A DNA stretch of 37,872 nt from a virus, in the UHGV virus genome UHGV-0206450. One strand, written 5' to 3'. Shown piece by piece: positions 27,938-37,098 of the stretch. The notes under the pieces are model-generated. The model was not told the DNA's origin and made no database searches. It saw only the letters and a list, made by a program, of their open reading frames with translations. Each line of letters starts with the position of its first letter. The stretch's first letter is position 1. The position numbers were made by a program, and so were the translations under genes.

Positions 27938-27975
27938 CTTATCCCTCCTGTTTGCTATCGCTGACGATTGCGGAA

Positions 27976-28182
27976 TTACTGCACACTTTTTACTAAAGAC
28001 TTAAACTGATATAAACTTTTGCTTGTTTGACGATAGATCAACATTATTCGGTCATTGTTAATAGCCACTAAATCTAAATATTCAAAAACGTCATCTGGAT
28101 TTTTTTCTGCCTGATCTTTAAAAAAATCAGTTATCTGAGCATCAATAGATGGTGCTAAAAATTCCTTGAATTTTGTCATCAC
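27976..28182 (-). CDS. Hypothetical protein (68 aa)
   Basis: Translationally coupled ORF. Confidence 0.45.
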   Translation of the reverse strand: MMTKFKEFLAPSIDAQITDFFKDQAEKNPDDVFEYLDLVAINNDRIMLIYRQTSKSLYQFKSLVKSVQ

Positions 28183-28454
28183 TCTTCCTCCTTTAACAAT
28201 CTATCTACTACGGATTGTGGCTCAAACACATACTTTTTTACACGACCTTTTGGATTTATATTAATTAACCACGAAGGGATACGTTGAAGAGCCATAAATC
28301 CTGTACACACGCAATTATCGTTAAACTTTGCAAAACACTTCGTTTCTTCGGCAACTTCATCTGCATTTTCGCTAGTGACGTAGATAGCACGCACTTTTTT
28401 ATTTTTGATAGCATGGTGCTTTCCGATAACATCGAATGTTTTCCACTCATTCAT
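28179..28454 (-). CDS. Hypothetical protein (91 aa)
   Basis: AGGAGG lies 7 nt before ATG 28454. Overlaps the upstream stop. Confidence 0.45.
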   Translation of the reverse strand: MNEWKTFDVIGKHHAIKNKKVRAIYVTSENADEVAEETKCFAKFNDNCVCTGFMALQRIPSWLININPKGRVKKYVFEPQSVVDRLLKEEE

Positions 28455-28903
28455 CACTCTTCCTCCTGTTCCAAAGCCCATTTAGAAAATAATTCTAGGA
28501 CTTCAAATTGCTCAAGGGCTGTCAATTCGCCGTATGCTTTGATATAGGGTTTATCTTTTTCAATTCGTTTAAATTCTTCATAAGAAACCTTTCCCCAAGC
28601 GACATCAAATTGATAGTATAGTGAGTTAATGACTTCAAAAGGAAACCAACAATTTTTCTTTCGATCTATCCAAGTTGATTTCAACCAATTCAACACAATC
28701 TGCTGATTATCGTTGAGTTGCGGTTGATGATACTCGTATACCTCAATATCGTATTCACCCCAGTTTCGAGATTCGAAGAAATCTTCTGTTGGTTCTTGGT
28801 CGGTATCAATCAAATAATTAACCATTGATTCTTTGATCTTATTTTCGTTATTTGAAATACATAATACTTTTCCTTCGTTTGTACCTATTACAATTTTCAA
28901 CAT
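28454..28903 (-). CDS. Hypothetical phage protein (149 aa)
   Basis: ORF in operon context only. Confidence 0.5.
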   Translation of the reverse strand: MLKIVIGTNEGKVLCISNNENKIKESMVNYLIDTDQEPTEDFFESRNWGEYDIEVYEYHQPQLNDNQQIVLNWLKSTWIDRKKNCWFPFEVINSLYYQFDVAWGKVSYEEFKRIEKDKPYIKAYGELTALEQFEVLELFSKWALEQEEE

Positions 28904-28904
28904 G

Positions 28905-29195
28905 TTATTCCTCGCTTTCTGCTATTTCCACTTCTTCCGCTGAAAGAAAACTAGCAAGACAATTTGCATCACAAAACATATTGTCAGTTCCATCTTCAAA
29001 CTGGAAAAACTTAGCTATCATAAAATTGTCTCTAACCGTTAAATACGATTGATTAGTCCATGCTCCATCATTGAACAATGCGTTGCCACAATTAGCACAG
29101 ATGGAACTTTCTTTCTCAAAATTGGGATATACCATAATCTTTTTCCTTTCTGCTATTTCGTCGGATAGCTGACTTACTTCATAAATACTAACCAA
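28905..29195 (-). CDS. Small Cys-rich (zinc-finger-like) protein
   Basis: CANCGN ... CDANC motifs. Confidence 0.45.
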   Translation of the reverse strand: MVSIYEVSQLSDEIAERKKIMVYPNFEKESSICANCGNALFNDGAWTNQSYLTVRDNFMIAKFFQFEDGTDNMFCDANCLASFLSAEEVEIAESEE

Positions 29196-29626
29196 TGTGT
29201 TTTGCTCCTCTTATTACCAAACAACGGTTCTTCACCGATTGCCGCCAATACATCTTGTAAAGAAATTTGATCTTCATTCCATTTGAATATCAAGCTACCA
29301 TTGGGTTTTAGAACTCTCATACATTCTGCGAACCCTTGGCGGATATCTTCTGGCCAAAGCTCATCTAACTTACCGTACTTTTTTGCTAGCCAAGAATTGT
29401 CGCCTGCATGGATCAAGTGTGGTGGATCAAATACAACCATGTCGAATGTGTCAGATTCAAAAGGCATATCTCGGAAATCTCCGACAATATCTGGATTAAC
29501 ATCCACAACATGTCCAGTTTCAAGTTCCTCATAATGCCGTCGAATATCCATAAAAGTTACATTGGGATTCTGCTTATCAAACCAGAACATTCGGCTGCCG
29601 CAACATGCGTCTAATATCTTTTTCAT
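29174..29626 (-). CDS. Small SAM-dependent methyltransferase with a DPPH motif (probable DNA amino-methyltransferase, N6A/N4C type)
   Basis: N-terminal LDACCGSRMFWF (motif I-like) and FDMVVFDPPHL (motif IV-like). It overlaps the stop of the adjacent C5-cytosine methyltransferase gene. Confidence 0.5.
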   Translation of the reverse strand: MKKILDACCGSRMFWFDKQNPNVTFMDIRRHYEELETGHVVDVNPDIVGDFRDMPFESDTFDMVVFDPPHLIHAGDNSWLAKKYGKLDELWPEDIRQGFAECMRVLKPNGSLIFKWNEDQISLQDVLAAIGEEPLFGNKRSKTHWLVFMK

Positions 29627-30366
29627 AGGCTTTCTATCTCCATAATCGCTTTGAAAATTGGATAGATTTGTTGCGGCACTACAGCATTCCCTAATGATTT
29701 AACTCGGTCCACTTGATCGGGAATCCCATTATAAGCTCGGCATAATCTGGGTTGATATACTGCGGATCTTCGATTGATTTCCTCAAAGCTTCTTGCGTGA
29801 AACTCCCGCGATAATTCTCCCCCCCAAGGTATCTGGATCTCGCTGCACCTTTCCACATCGATGCCGTAGGAGTTGGCAACAATGAATGTTCGAAGCCTTT
29901 GATGTTCGGCACCGACGGCCAAAGCTGGAAGTACAAACGTTGTTGTTTGGTAATCGAAGTTTTCCAGGTCAGATATCGTACGGTCGAGTTCCATATTGGC
30001 GAAGTTAGCAACATTTTCTCCAACAACCCAATTGGGCCTGAGTTCTTCGACAACTCTAGACATTTCTGGCCAGAGATCACGGTCATCTTCTTTGCCTTTT
30101 TGCTCCCCGGATACACTGTAAGGTTGGCAAGGGAATCCTCCGTGAATAAGCTCAATTGTTCTGTTTCGATCGATAACACCTTCTTTCTCCAATGCTGCTC
30201 TATTGAGATCCTTTACATCTTTAAAGATTGGCACATTAGGCCAATGCTTATTTAAAACTTTCCTTGGGAAATCAGCATATTCGCAGAATGCTACTGTTTC
30301 AATACCGGCCCATTCTGCTGCTAAATCCATGCCGCCAATCCCCGAAAAAAGCGATAATGCTCTCAC
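29623..30366 (-). CDS. DNA cytosine-5 methyltransferase (orphan, phage type)
   Basis: Motifs LFSGIGG (I), GFPCQPYS (IV), ENV (VI) and LGNAV (X). Confidence 0.9.
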   Translation of the reverse strand: MRALSLFSGIGGMDLAAEWAGIETVAFCEYADFPRKVLNKHWPNVPIFKDVKDLNRAALEKEGVIDRNRTIELIHGGFPCQPYSVSGEQKGKEDDRDLWPEMSRVVEELRPNWVVGENVANFANMELDRTISDLENFDYQTTTFVLPALAVGAEHQRLRTFIVANSYGIDVERCSEIQIPWGGELSREFHARSFEEINRRSAVYQPRLCRAYNGIPDQVDRVKSLGNAVVPQQIYPIFKAIMEIESL

Positions 30367-30410
30367 CGACTTCCCTCCTTTCTAGTTGGTTATTTTGGTG
30401 GATAGCTTAC

Positions 30411-30563
30411 TTAATCATCATTCATATTTGCAAGCACGCTACCAAATATATACTCGACATTTTCCACATCTAGCTCTTCTGGAATCTTAAAACCCACTTC
30501 TTCTACACAATATTCCCCAATTTCAACATCAATTACTATTTGCTTTATCTTTTTATCAGTCAT
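30411..30563 (-). CDS. Small acidic protein (50 aa)
   Basis: Read by hand from the sequence as MTDKKIKQIVIDVEIGEYCVEEVGF... Shorter than the ORF-track cutoff. Confidence 0.3.
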   Translation of the reverse strand: MTDKKIKQIVIDVEIGEYCVEEVGFKIPEELDVENVEYIFGSVLANMNDD

Positions 30564-30607
30564 TATCAAACTATCCTTTCTAGTTGTTTATCTCTTCCGC
30601 TTAGTGA

Positions 30608-30880
30608 CTAATTGCCGCTAACGTATTTTCTGAGACTATGCAGTCCTTTGCCGCGTCTTTTCGTTCTCCGATCAATCCATGTACCAGTCGTTCCCCAGTA
30701 ATCAATCATACCTTTTGGCGTATTAATAGCGAATTGATGATTATTTGGATAATGGGTAAACTCAAAGCCCAAAACAGCAACATTTTTCAATGCTGAGTTA
30801 CCCATACGATTAACATGTTGGGCCCTCCGTTCCTTCAGATACGGTTTCACATCTTTCCAATATTCGCCCATATCTCCCAT
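30608..30880 (-). CDS. Hypothetical phage protein (90 aa)
   Basis: ORF in operon context only. Confidence 0.5.
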   Translation of the reverse strand: MGDMGEYWKDVKPYLKERRAQHVNRMGNSALKNVAVLGFEFTHYPNNHQFAINTPKGMIDYWGTTGTWIDRRTKRRGKGLHSLRKYVSGN

Positions 30881-30909
30881 AAAATACCTTCTTTCTTCCG
30901 ATTCTAGAA

Positions 30910-31212
30910 TTATTTCAGGTCACTGGACTTAACGAAAACACCATTGACCATCTTTCCAGTTCGTCCTTTGATTTCGTCATAAGCTAAATTCAAGCACTCG
31001 TATAAATCCATGTCGTTTTGTAAAGCTAAAATAATTATGGTCACTGCAACATCTCCGATGCCATCACGTAGTGCATCCTGATCATTTCTAGCTAATGCAG
31101 CCGCAACTTCGCCAGTTTCTTCGACAACTTTAAGCATTTGCTTGCTAGGGTCTGCCTTATCAAGCCCCTTATTTTTCGCCCATTGTTCTACTAGCTCAAC
31201 TAATTCATTCAT
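30910..31212 (-). CDS. MazG-like nucleotide pyrophosphohydrolase
   Basis: EETGEVAAAL ... GIGDVAVTIIILA, the all-alpha NTP-PPase signature. Confidence 0.75.
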   Translation of the reverse strand: MNELVELVEQWAKNKGLDKADPSKQMLKVVEETGEVAAALARNDQDALRDGIGDVAVTIIILALQNDMDLYECLNLAYDEIKGRTGKMVNGVFVKSSDLK

Positions 31213-31571
31213 TCTGATACCTCCGCATCACTAAAGAATAGGATCAGATAACCATTATTAGCTTCAACTGGGATGTAATATCTTTTGTTTTCTTCAAAGT
31301 TTTTAACAAATTTTGAAACAAGACGAACAAAATCCTTTGAAGAGAAACGTTTGTAACTCTGAATTTTAATAGGCATGGATGCAGCTGTTTTCCCAGATTC
31401 ACAAATACAGATTTGGCCTGATTTTGGGTCAACACCCACTTCTATGAATCCTTTATCAACGATCCGTGTGATGGCACTCTTATTAATTGTTAATGCCCCA
31501 TTGCTCAACACCGCTCTAGGTACCGATTGCACCTTATTTTGAATAACAATAGTTTTAAATCCTTCTAACAT
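31209..31571 (-). CDS. Hypothetical protein (120 aa)
   Basis: GGAGG lies 7 nt before ATG 31571. Confidence 0.5.
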   Translation of the reverse strand: MLEGFKTIVIQNKVQSVPRAVLSNGALTINKSAITRIVDKGFIEVGVDPKSGQICICESGKTAASMPIKIQSYKRFSSKDFVRLVSKFVKNFEENKRYYIPVEANNGYLILFFSDAEVSE

Positions 31572-31658
31572 TTCGTTTCCTCCTTTAGACTTATGCACAT
31601 ATCAACAGGTTTATCCACAATATATTGTAGGAACGTATTTTCGCCCACTATATATTGA

Positions 31659-31856
31659 TTATTTTGTTCTTCTATAGCCTAGTTCAATCAAAAACTCTTC
31701 CCTTTGGTTCAAAGCGTTACGATAAATCGCCTGTACACCAATTTGATCTGCGTAGGCTATTCCTTCTTGACTAGTAATGAAACGATAGGTCCTTGCTGTT
31801 TCATCCACTAAAATTGCATGAAATTCGTTGTAATAAATTCTTTTCAAAATATTCAC
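31659..31856 (-). CDS. Hypothetical protein (65 aa) immediately downstream of the tyrosine recombinase
   Basis: ORF in operon context only. Confidence 0.45.
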   Translation of the reverse strand: MNILKRIYYNEFHAILVDETARTYRFITSQEGIAYADQIGVQAIYRNALNQREEFLIELGYRRTK

Positions 31857-31857
31857 C

Positions 31858-32856
31858 TCAACTTACAAACTTTTGATGGGAGATCTTCACTTCATCATCA
31901 TTAATCATCGAGTAGGCCATCGTTGTCTCAATATTTTCATGACCGAGGAACCTAGAAACGAGTTCTATAGGCATCCCATGTCTTCTCGCAAGTGTTGCGG
32001 CTGTCCTTCTAAATCTGTGTGGATGAACATTCAAAACACCTGCACGCTCCCCTAGACGCTTGACCAACTTTTGGATTCCGGCAGTAGTCATCTCTTTCCC
32101 TCTCGTCTGTCCATAAAATAATGGACCAGTGATGTGAGGCATCTCTTTTAAGTAATGATTCAATGCTAGCTTTGCCTTGGCATTAAAGTATAAAGTTCTT
32201 TGCTTGTTGCCTTTTCCAATCACTTCAATCGAATCATTTTCTTGGTCATAGTCACTAAAATTTAGAGAAACCAATTCAGAGACTCGACATCCAGTACTCA
32301 ATAGCAGTTCGATGATGAGCGTTTCTTTTGCATTAAAAGCAGCACTTCGCAGCTTTTCAACTTCAAGCTCACTGAATTCTTGTTTGCGCCTTTTGGGTAC
32401 TTTTATCTTTTCCACCCTTGCGCCAGGATCTCGATCGATAAACTCTTCGATATAAAGCCAGTGAAAGAACCTAACGATGCAGCCACGTTCACGAGCAAGC
32501 GTACCTTTAGATATTCGATCCTGAATTTCCCTGTTAGCAATAAACAATCGGATGTCATTTGCGGTGATATCCTTAAACGGCTTTCTAAGCTTGCTCATGA
32601 AGAAATTGATCGTCTGCATATAAAGTTTCAATGTTCCGTCTGAAAGCCCCTGAATCTTCTTTGACACCATAAATTGATGGTATGCAGCTGCATCGGATCT
32701 CTCATCATAAATCACTACATCAGTTGAAGTTTTAACTAAGTCGAAGGAGTCCAAATGCATCAATAGGAGCATGTTTACTTTCCTAAGTTGTTCTGGATCC
32801 AAATCATTTTCTAAATCTCCAACAATTTTATTAATCAGCGACTCCTTACTGGTCAT
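31858..32856 (-). CDS. Tyrosine site-specific recombinase (XerC/D-like, phage integrase family)
   Basis: Core-binding N-terminal domain and a catalytic C-terminus (HPHRFRRTAAT ... LGHENIETTMAYS) carrying the R..H.R.Y signature. Co-oriented inside the early operon. Confidence 0.85.
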   Translation of the reverse strand: MTSKESLINKIVGDLENDLDPEQLRKVNMLLLMHLDSFDLVKTSTDVVIYDERSDAAAYHQFMVSKKIQGLSDGTLKLYMQTINFFMSKLRKPFKDITANDIRLFIANREIQDRISKGTLARERGCIVRFFHWLYIEEFIDRDPGARVEKIKVPKRRKQEFSELEVEKLRSAAFNAKETLIIELLLSTGCRVSELVSLNFSDYDQENDSIEVIGKGNKQRTLYFNAKAKLALNHYLKEMPHITGPLFYGQTRGKEMTTAGIQKLVKRLGERAGVLNVHPHRFRRTAATLARRHGMPIELVSRFLGHENIETTMAYSMINDDEVKISHQKFVS

Positions 32857-32865
32857 CGTTCACTC

Positions 32866-33048
32866 CTAACCGAAACTCTTCCGAATTTCATATTCGTGGT
32901 CGATCAGCTCTTTCAATGTATCTTTGGGATATAATTTCTTGCCTGATCGCTTTTGATGCTGCACACACAACCACTGAAACTTTTCGATGGTTGCATCATC
33001 CATAGCGTATCTGGGTCTTTTTTTCTTCGTAGCCAAAAGGTGGGACAC
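32866..33048 (-). CDS. Hypothetical basic protein (60 aa)
   Basis: ORF in operon context only. Confidence 0.4.
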   Translation of the reverse strand: MSHLLATKKKRPRYAMDDATIEKFQWLCVQHQKRSGKKLYPKDTLKELIDHEYEIRKSFG

Positions 33049-33077
33049 CTCCTATGAAATGGTGGGACACCTTGGGG

Positions 33078-33383
33078 TTACTCCTTCCAGCGGTATACTC
33101 GCCCTTGTTTATCAGGGTTCCCACTTTGGATTAAATTTTTAACAGTGACTTTGGACTTCTTGCATTTCTCACTAACGGTTTTCTTATTCCCTGTAAAAAT
33201 GACATCCCCTTTATACAGAACCTCAATTAAACGTTTTTCAGGATTTACACCTTCATAGAGATCCTCCCGAAGCTTTTCCCATTCCTTTTTGGCATCCGGG
33301 TCTTTTTCGAGATCGACTTTTTCTGCAAGGTACACCATCCGCTGCCGGCGAATCTTTTTTTCAAGGCTTTTTTCTTTATCCAT
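33078..33383 (-). CDS. Hypothetical protein (101 aa)
   Basis: ORF in operon context only. Confidence 0.45.
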   Translation of the reverse strand: MDKEKSLEKKIRRQRMVYLAEKVDLEKDPDAKKEWEKLREDLYEGVNPEKRLIEVLYKGDVIFTGNKKTVSEKCKKSKVTVKNLIQSGNPDKQGRVYRWKE

Positions 33384-34229
33384 CTAACCGCCTCCCTTTT
33401 TGTTTAGATAAGCTTGGACCTTAGCATTTATTTCCGCTTGGCGTTCTGGGGCAATTTCAGGCTCCAGTTCAGGATTAACAAATCTTTCTGGCAATGGTTC
33501 TTCTCGAATAAAAGGTTTCTTCATTCGCTTTTGGTTACTTGATTCCTTTTTTATCTCAAACTTGAGACTGTCAAATTTTTCTCTCAGCTTTTTAGCGCTT
33601 CTGATATTGCCAAACCAAAACTCGCTTGTAGGAAGCCAATTGATCACATACTCAATTTGTTTGATAGTACGATCATCCTTTTCCTCCATAAGGCGAATAA
33701 CATCTGCCCATTTTTCCAAGTTGGCTTTTTTCATTTCTTTAGGAAAATCATTAATCAAATTATTTTTAAGCTTTGAAGCAAGCGTGAAGTGTTCGGTAGA
33801 ATACTTCACAGGAGAAGTTTCAACTTCTTCTTTATTTGTATTATTAAATGTATTATTAATAGATGTATTATTATCTTGATAGATTTCTGGGTGAGGGGTC
33901 ACCCATTTTTCTGGGCTACCCCCTACATTTTTCTGGGTGGGGCCGTCTAGAATTCTGATATACCTAGCTTCAATTTCCTTAGTCCCTTTTTTGTATTTGA
34001 CCTCTCTGTATATGAACCCCCTATCTTCAAGGGATTTAAGCCAATTTTGAATTGTAGACTTACCTACTTTATACTGACTGGCGAAATAGTCATTACTTGC
34101 CCAGCAATAGCCTTTTTCATTGCACAAGGCGGTAATTTCTCCGTATAAAAGTTTTGCGTTAGGTATTAAAGTATCGTCATATCTAACACTGGCAGGAATT
34201 ACCGCAAAATAACTTCGGTGATCACTCAC
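33384..34229 (-). CDS. Phage replication initiator / replisome organiser (N-terminal HTH_36-like domain)
   Basis: LLYGEITALCNEKGYCWASNDYFASQYKVGKSTIQNWLKSLEDRGFI. The start was refined to GTG 34229, preceded by GGAGGAGGAG, just after the upstream stop. Confidence 0.65.
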   Translation of the reverse strand: MSDHRSYFAVIPASVRYDDTLIPNAKLLYGEITALCNEKGYCWASNDYFASQYKVGKSTIQNWLKSLEDRGFIYREVKYKKGTKEIEARYIRILDGPTQKNVGGSPEKWVTPHPEIYQDNNTSINNTFNNTNKEEVETSPVKYSTEHFTLASKLKNNLINDFPKEMKKANLEKWADVIRLMEEKDDRTIKQIEYVINWLPTSEFWFGNIRSAKKLREKFDSLKFEIKKESSNQKRMKKPFIREEPLPERFVNPELEPEIAPERQAEINAKVQAYLNKKGGG

Positions 34230-34947
34230 GATACTCCTCCTCCATAGCTTTCTTGAACAAATCTTCCGTTTCGTATTCTTCATCAAACCGCATGATCTGG
34301 GCGTTGTTCATAATTCCGATCTTAATTAATGCCTCTTGGTCTAAATAGACTGGTTTGATTTGATATTTTTTAATAAACTCTTCTTGACCCAAGTTATGAG
34401 CGATATTGTGGTACTTCCAACTCAAAGCAACAAATGGAAACTTACGATGATCGACTTTGTTCCTGTGTCGGTTCCCTACTGCCGTTACATGGTGGATCTG
34501 CGCTCCTGATTGACCAGTTACTGCGCATTTACGGTATTTGCAGCAGAAGTAGAAGAAACTGTCGTGTTCCAGAAGGTAGTTATAGCGCCTTGGCAACTGA
34601 ACCCCTTCTGCAACAACGTATTCGATTAGAAAGTCAATCCATTGGTTCATCTCTGATTTTGTTGCTGTAGCATGACTGAACTCACAATCATAGGTATCCT
34701 GATAAATTTTTCGCATTTTCTCTTTCGCTTCATAGCGTGGAATATTTTCACTCCCAGCGATATCTTTGATCAATGAATAAGACAACGCATTTTGCTTTGC
34801 ACTTCTGGGATCATTATCTATAAACTGGATTTCCGCGAATCCCTCCTGACCCCTGCGAATCGTTTCAAGGTGTTCAGGATTCACATTCTCGTCAACTTCC
34901 AGTAGAAATCTGTTCCCTTGTTGCTTTAGAATCTTGGCTAGCATCAC
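34222..34947 (-). CDS. HNH nuclease-domain protein from the replication module
   Basis: C ... C ... HH ... N ... H pattern (CCKYRKCAVTG ... IHHVTAVGNRHRNKVDH ... YHNIAH). Confidence 0.5.
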   Translation of the reverse strand: MMLAKILKQQGNRFLLEVDENVNPEHLETIRRGQEGFAEIQFIDNDPRSAKQNALSYSLIKDIAGSENIPRYEAKEKMRKIYQDTYDCEFSHATATKSEMNQWIDFLIEYVVAEGVQLPRRYNYLLEHDSFFYFCCKYRKCAVTGQSGAQIHHVTAVGNRHRNKVDHRKFPFVALSWKYHNIAHNLGQEEFIKKYQIKPVYLDQEALIKIGIMNNAQIMRFDEEYETEDLFKKAMEEEYRE

Positions 34948-35858
34948 TCAATCACTTCTATAACATCAATTTTTAATTCAACAATTCGTTTGTTTAGCTC
35001 ACGAAATTTTTCTTCCGATCCTCCAAGCTTTATAGTTGAGACTTTTTCATAAACCGGCGTTTCCCTTTCTCCGACTGATTCTTCTTTAATTTCGCCAGTT
35101 TCTAGGTCAATTGGCACCGAAGGTCCATGCTCTTTTTGTTTGACTTCTTGGATGACTTCTTCGCCTATAGCGATACGAGCTTTTTGCTCTGCAACAACTT
35201 GATTGATTTCATCAAAGACTTCTTGCAGCTCATGACCTTGATCAATCCAACGCACCCATGAAAAAGGATCTAGTCCAACGGCCTGCGCGTAGCTTTCAAC
35301 TGCTTGCTTATTTGCTGCCAATGTTTGTTTTTTTGATACAATTTCATTGATGCTATCTGTGATTTCTTTACTGATCGCTTTTGTTAATTCACCCTTAGCA
35401 GCAGTAAAGGCGCCTTTATTTGTCCATCGATCAGGAATTTCAATTTCATTTGGATCGACACCTAATGCATTGCACAGATTCTCTATTTTTTCTTTCACTT
35501 TCTGCAATCGGGAATCACGTTCTTTCGTTTCGAACTTTTCGAGGCTCTGAGAAATTCCTTCTTTGGCAGTTTCCATCTGATCAACAAATGATTTGATCTT
35601 GGCTTCAAATGCTTTTAACGGCTCAGAATAACCGTTTTTTACTTCTTTTCGTTTTACTTCCAACAATTTGATAATTTTATTTAGAGAAGATTGAGCATCT
35701 TTCGCCCCTTGAATGTCTCCTTCACTGAAAGTCAAACTATTGTAGTGATTGACGGTATTTTCAACCAGCGCTTCTAGCTCTGCTTCATTTTTGATTTCAA
35801 TGGTGCTAGGTGTATAGTCAATCTGAATGGATGTGTCCGTTTTGATTAATTCATTCAT
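34944..35858 (-). CDS. DUF1351-like phage protein (ERF partner)
   Basis: 304-aa coiled-coil-rich protein adjacent to ERF, the arrangement usual in Gram-positive siphophages. Confidence 0.6.
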   Translation of the reverse strand: MNELIKTDTSIQIDYTPSTIEIKNEAELEALVENTVNHYNSLTFSEGDIQGAKDAQSSLNKIIKLLEVKRKEVKNGYSEPLKAFEAKIKSFVDQMETAKEGISQSLEKFETKERDSRLQKVKEKIENLCNALGVDPNEIEIPDRWTNKGAFTAAKGELTKAISKEITDSINEIVSKKQTLAANKQAVESYAQAVGLDPFSWVRWIDQGHELQEVFDEINQVVAEQKARIAIGEEVIQEVKQKEHGPSVPIDLETGEIKEESVGERETPVYEKVSTIKLGGSEEKFRELNKRIVELKIDVIEVIE

Positions 35859-35859
35859 C

Positions 35860-36555
35860 CTATATTTCCCCCCATGTAAAAGATTTAGTTTCTTTCTGTG
35901 GCTTATGATCTACCACAGGTTTGTTTACTTTTTTTGTTTTTTGTTCTGCTTTTTTCAACAGTAATTTCATATAACCAATAACTTGTTGGTAATACTCAGG
36001 GGGGACTTGATCCAAATGATCGAATCCGTTTTTCCCAAGAATATTCGCTTCGATTACTTCTGGTTTTGTTTGAGTAAGACCAGAAACTTCTTCTACACGC
36101 CTATGGAATATTTCTAAAAATTCTTCACGCATTTGATCATCAGAAACGCTATCAGCTGTATTTTGAGAATCAGCATCAATTCCATCGTCAATTAGGTACA
36201 AGCCTTGTAGTGCGTATTTACGAGCATATGAAGATGCCGATCCAGTCACTTGGCTATCATCCATTTTGGGTTTTGCATCAGCTTCTCGAGCATATGCTTC
36301 CACTTTTAGCGAGTCCGTTCCATCAGTTAGGGTTGCGGTTGCTTTGATATAGAAGCGACCATCCATAAAAATGGGCATATCTGTCAAAGTTAGCAAAAGA
36401 CCATGGTTTAGATTATGTGGCTTTACCGCTTTCAAAATGTCTTCTGCATTTCGGAAATTGTATCCTCCGAAGTCGCTGTAATTACTTTTCGGGACCTTTA
36501 ATTCCGCTTGGATTTTTATCAGTTTCTGATTAAAAGTCAGTTCTAATTCACTCAT
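35860..36555 (-). CDS. ERF-family single-strand annealing protein
   Basis: YNFRNAEDILKAVKP and SSYARKYALQGL motifs. ATG 36555 overlaps the upstream stop as ATGA. Confidence 0.8.
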   Translation of the reverse strand: MSELELTFNQKLIKIQAELKVPKSNYSDFGGYNFRNAEDILKAVKPHNLNHGLLLTLTDMPIFMDGRFYIKATATLTDGTDSLKVEAYAREADAKPKMDDSQVTGSASSYARKYALQGLYLIDDGIDADSQNTADSVSDDQMREEFLEIFHRRVEEVSGLTQTKPEVIEANILGKNGFDHLDQVPPEYYQQVIGYMKLLLKKAEQKTKKVNKPVVDHKPQKETKSFTWGEI

Positions 36556-36740
36556 AACGGCACCGGCTTTCCTAGTTTTGATTTGCAATACTCCAAAAGG
36601 TCATCCTCATGGATGAATTGATCATCGACGGAATAGACTAGGTCACCTTGGTAAAGAGGATTTCCACGCCAATCAAATGCAATCGGATCTGGTTCATCTG
36701 GCGGCAATTGTCTTGCCCCTAGACTGTCAAATGGATTCAT
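36552..36740 (-). CDS. Hypothetical protein (62 aa)
   Basis: AAGGAG lies 8 nt before ATG 36740. Confidence 0.45.
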   Translation of the reverse strand: MNPFDSLGARQLPPDEPDPIAFDWRGNPLYQGDLVYSVDDQFIHEDDLLEYCKSKLGKPVPL

Positions 36741-36767
36741 AGTATAATCTCCTTAACTAATAATGTT

Positions 36768-36917
36768 TTACTCATTGCCTACACTGGCGGAAACCGGTGT
36801 AGGCTCTCTTTTTTTCATTCGTTCGATATGTTGTCTTGATTGGATCAACGGCTTGTTGTGTCTGTACCATCGATCAGCAATGACTTTACCGATGCGCAAA
36901 GCTTCTGCTCTAGTCAT
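36768..36917 (-). CDS. Small basic protein (49 aa)
   Basis: AAGGAAGGTGAG RBS. ATG overlaps the upstream stop. Contains an 11-bp stem hairpin within the coding region. Confidence 0.3.
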   Translation of the reverse strand: MTRAEALRIGKVIADRWYRHNKPLIQSRQHIERMKKREPTPVSASVGNE

Positions 36918-37098
36918 ACCGTCTCACCTTCCTTTTGCTTTTGTAATTAAGGAATACTCCGTAAGGACCAGTATCCGCACTTAGGAAGACCGGTCCTTTT
37001 TTTGCGGCAAGGTTGATGTCGCCATCCACCGTTTCTAAATTGAGGAATACGGGTGTTTCTGTAATTCTTAGATACCAGATACATAGCTTTTTAATCAT
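36910..37098 (-). CDS. Hypothetical protein (63 aa)
   Basis: GGAGG lies 7 nt before ATG 37098. Overlaps the Rha stop as ATGA. Confidence 0.4.
   Translation of the reverse strand: MIKKLCIWYLRITETPVFLNLETVDGDINLAAKKGPVFLSADTGPYGVFLNYKSKRKVRRYD

Noticed and set aside
36776-36815. Strong-looking + strand hairpin (gcctacactgg/ccggtgtaggc) followed by a T-run
   Set aside because: It lies inside a - strand early operon and inside a plausible translationally coupled 49-aa ORF, so it is probably a coincidental RNA hairpin rather than a functional terminator.
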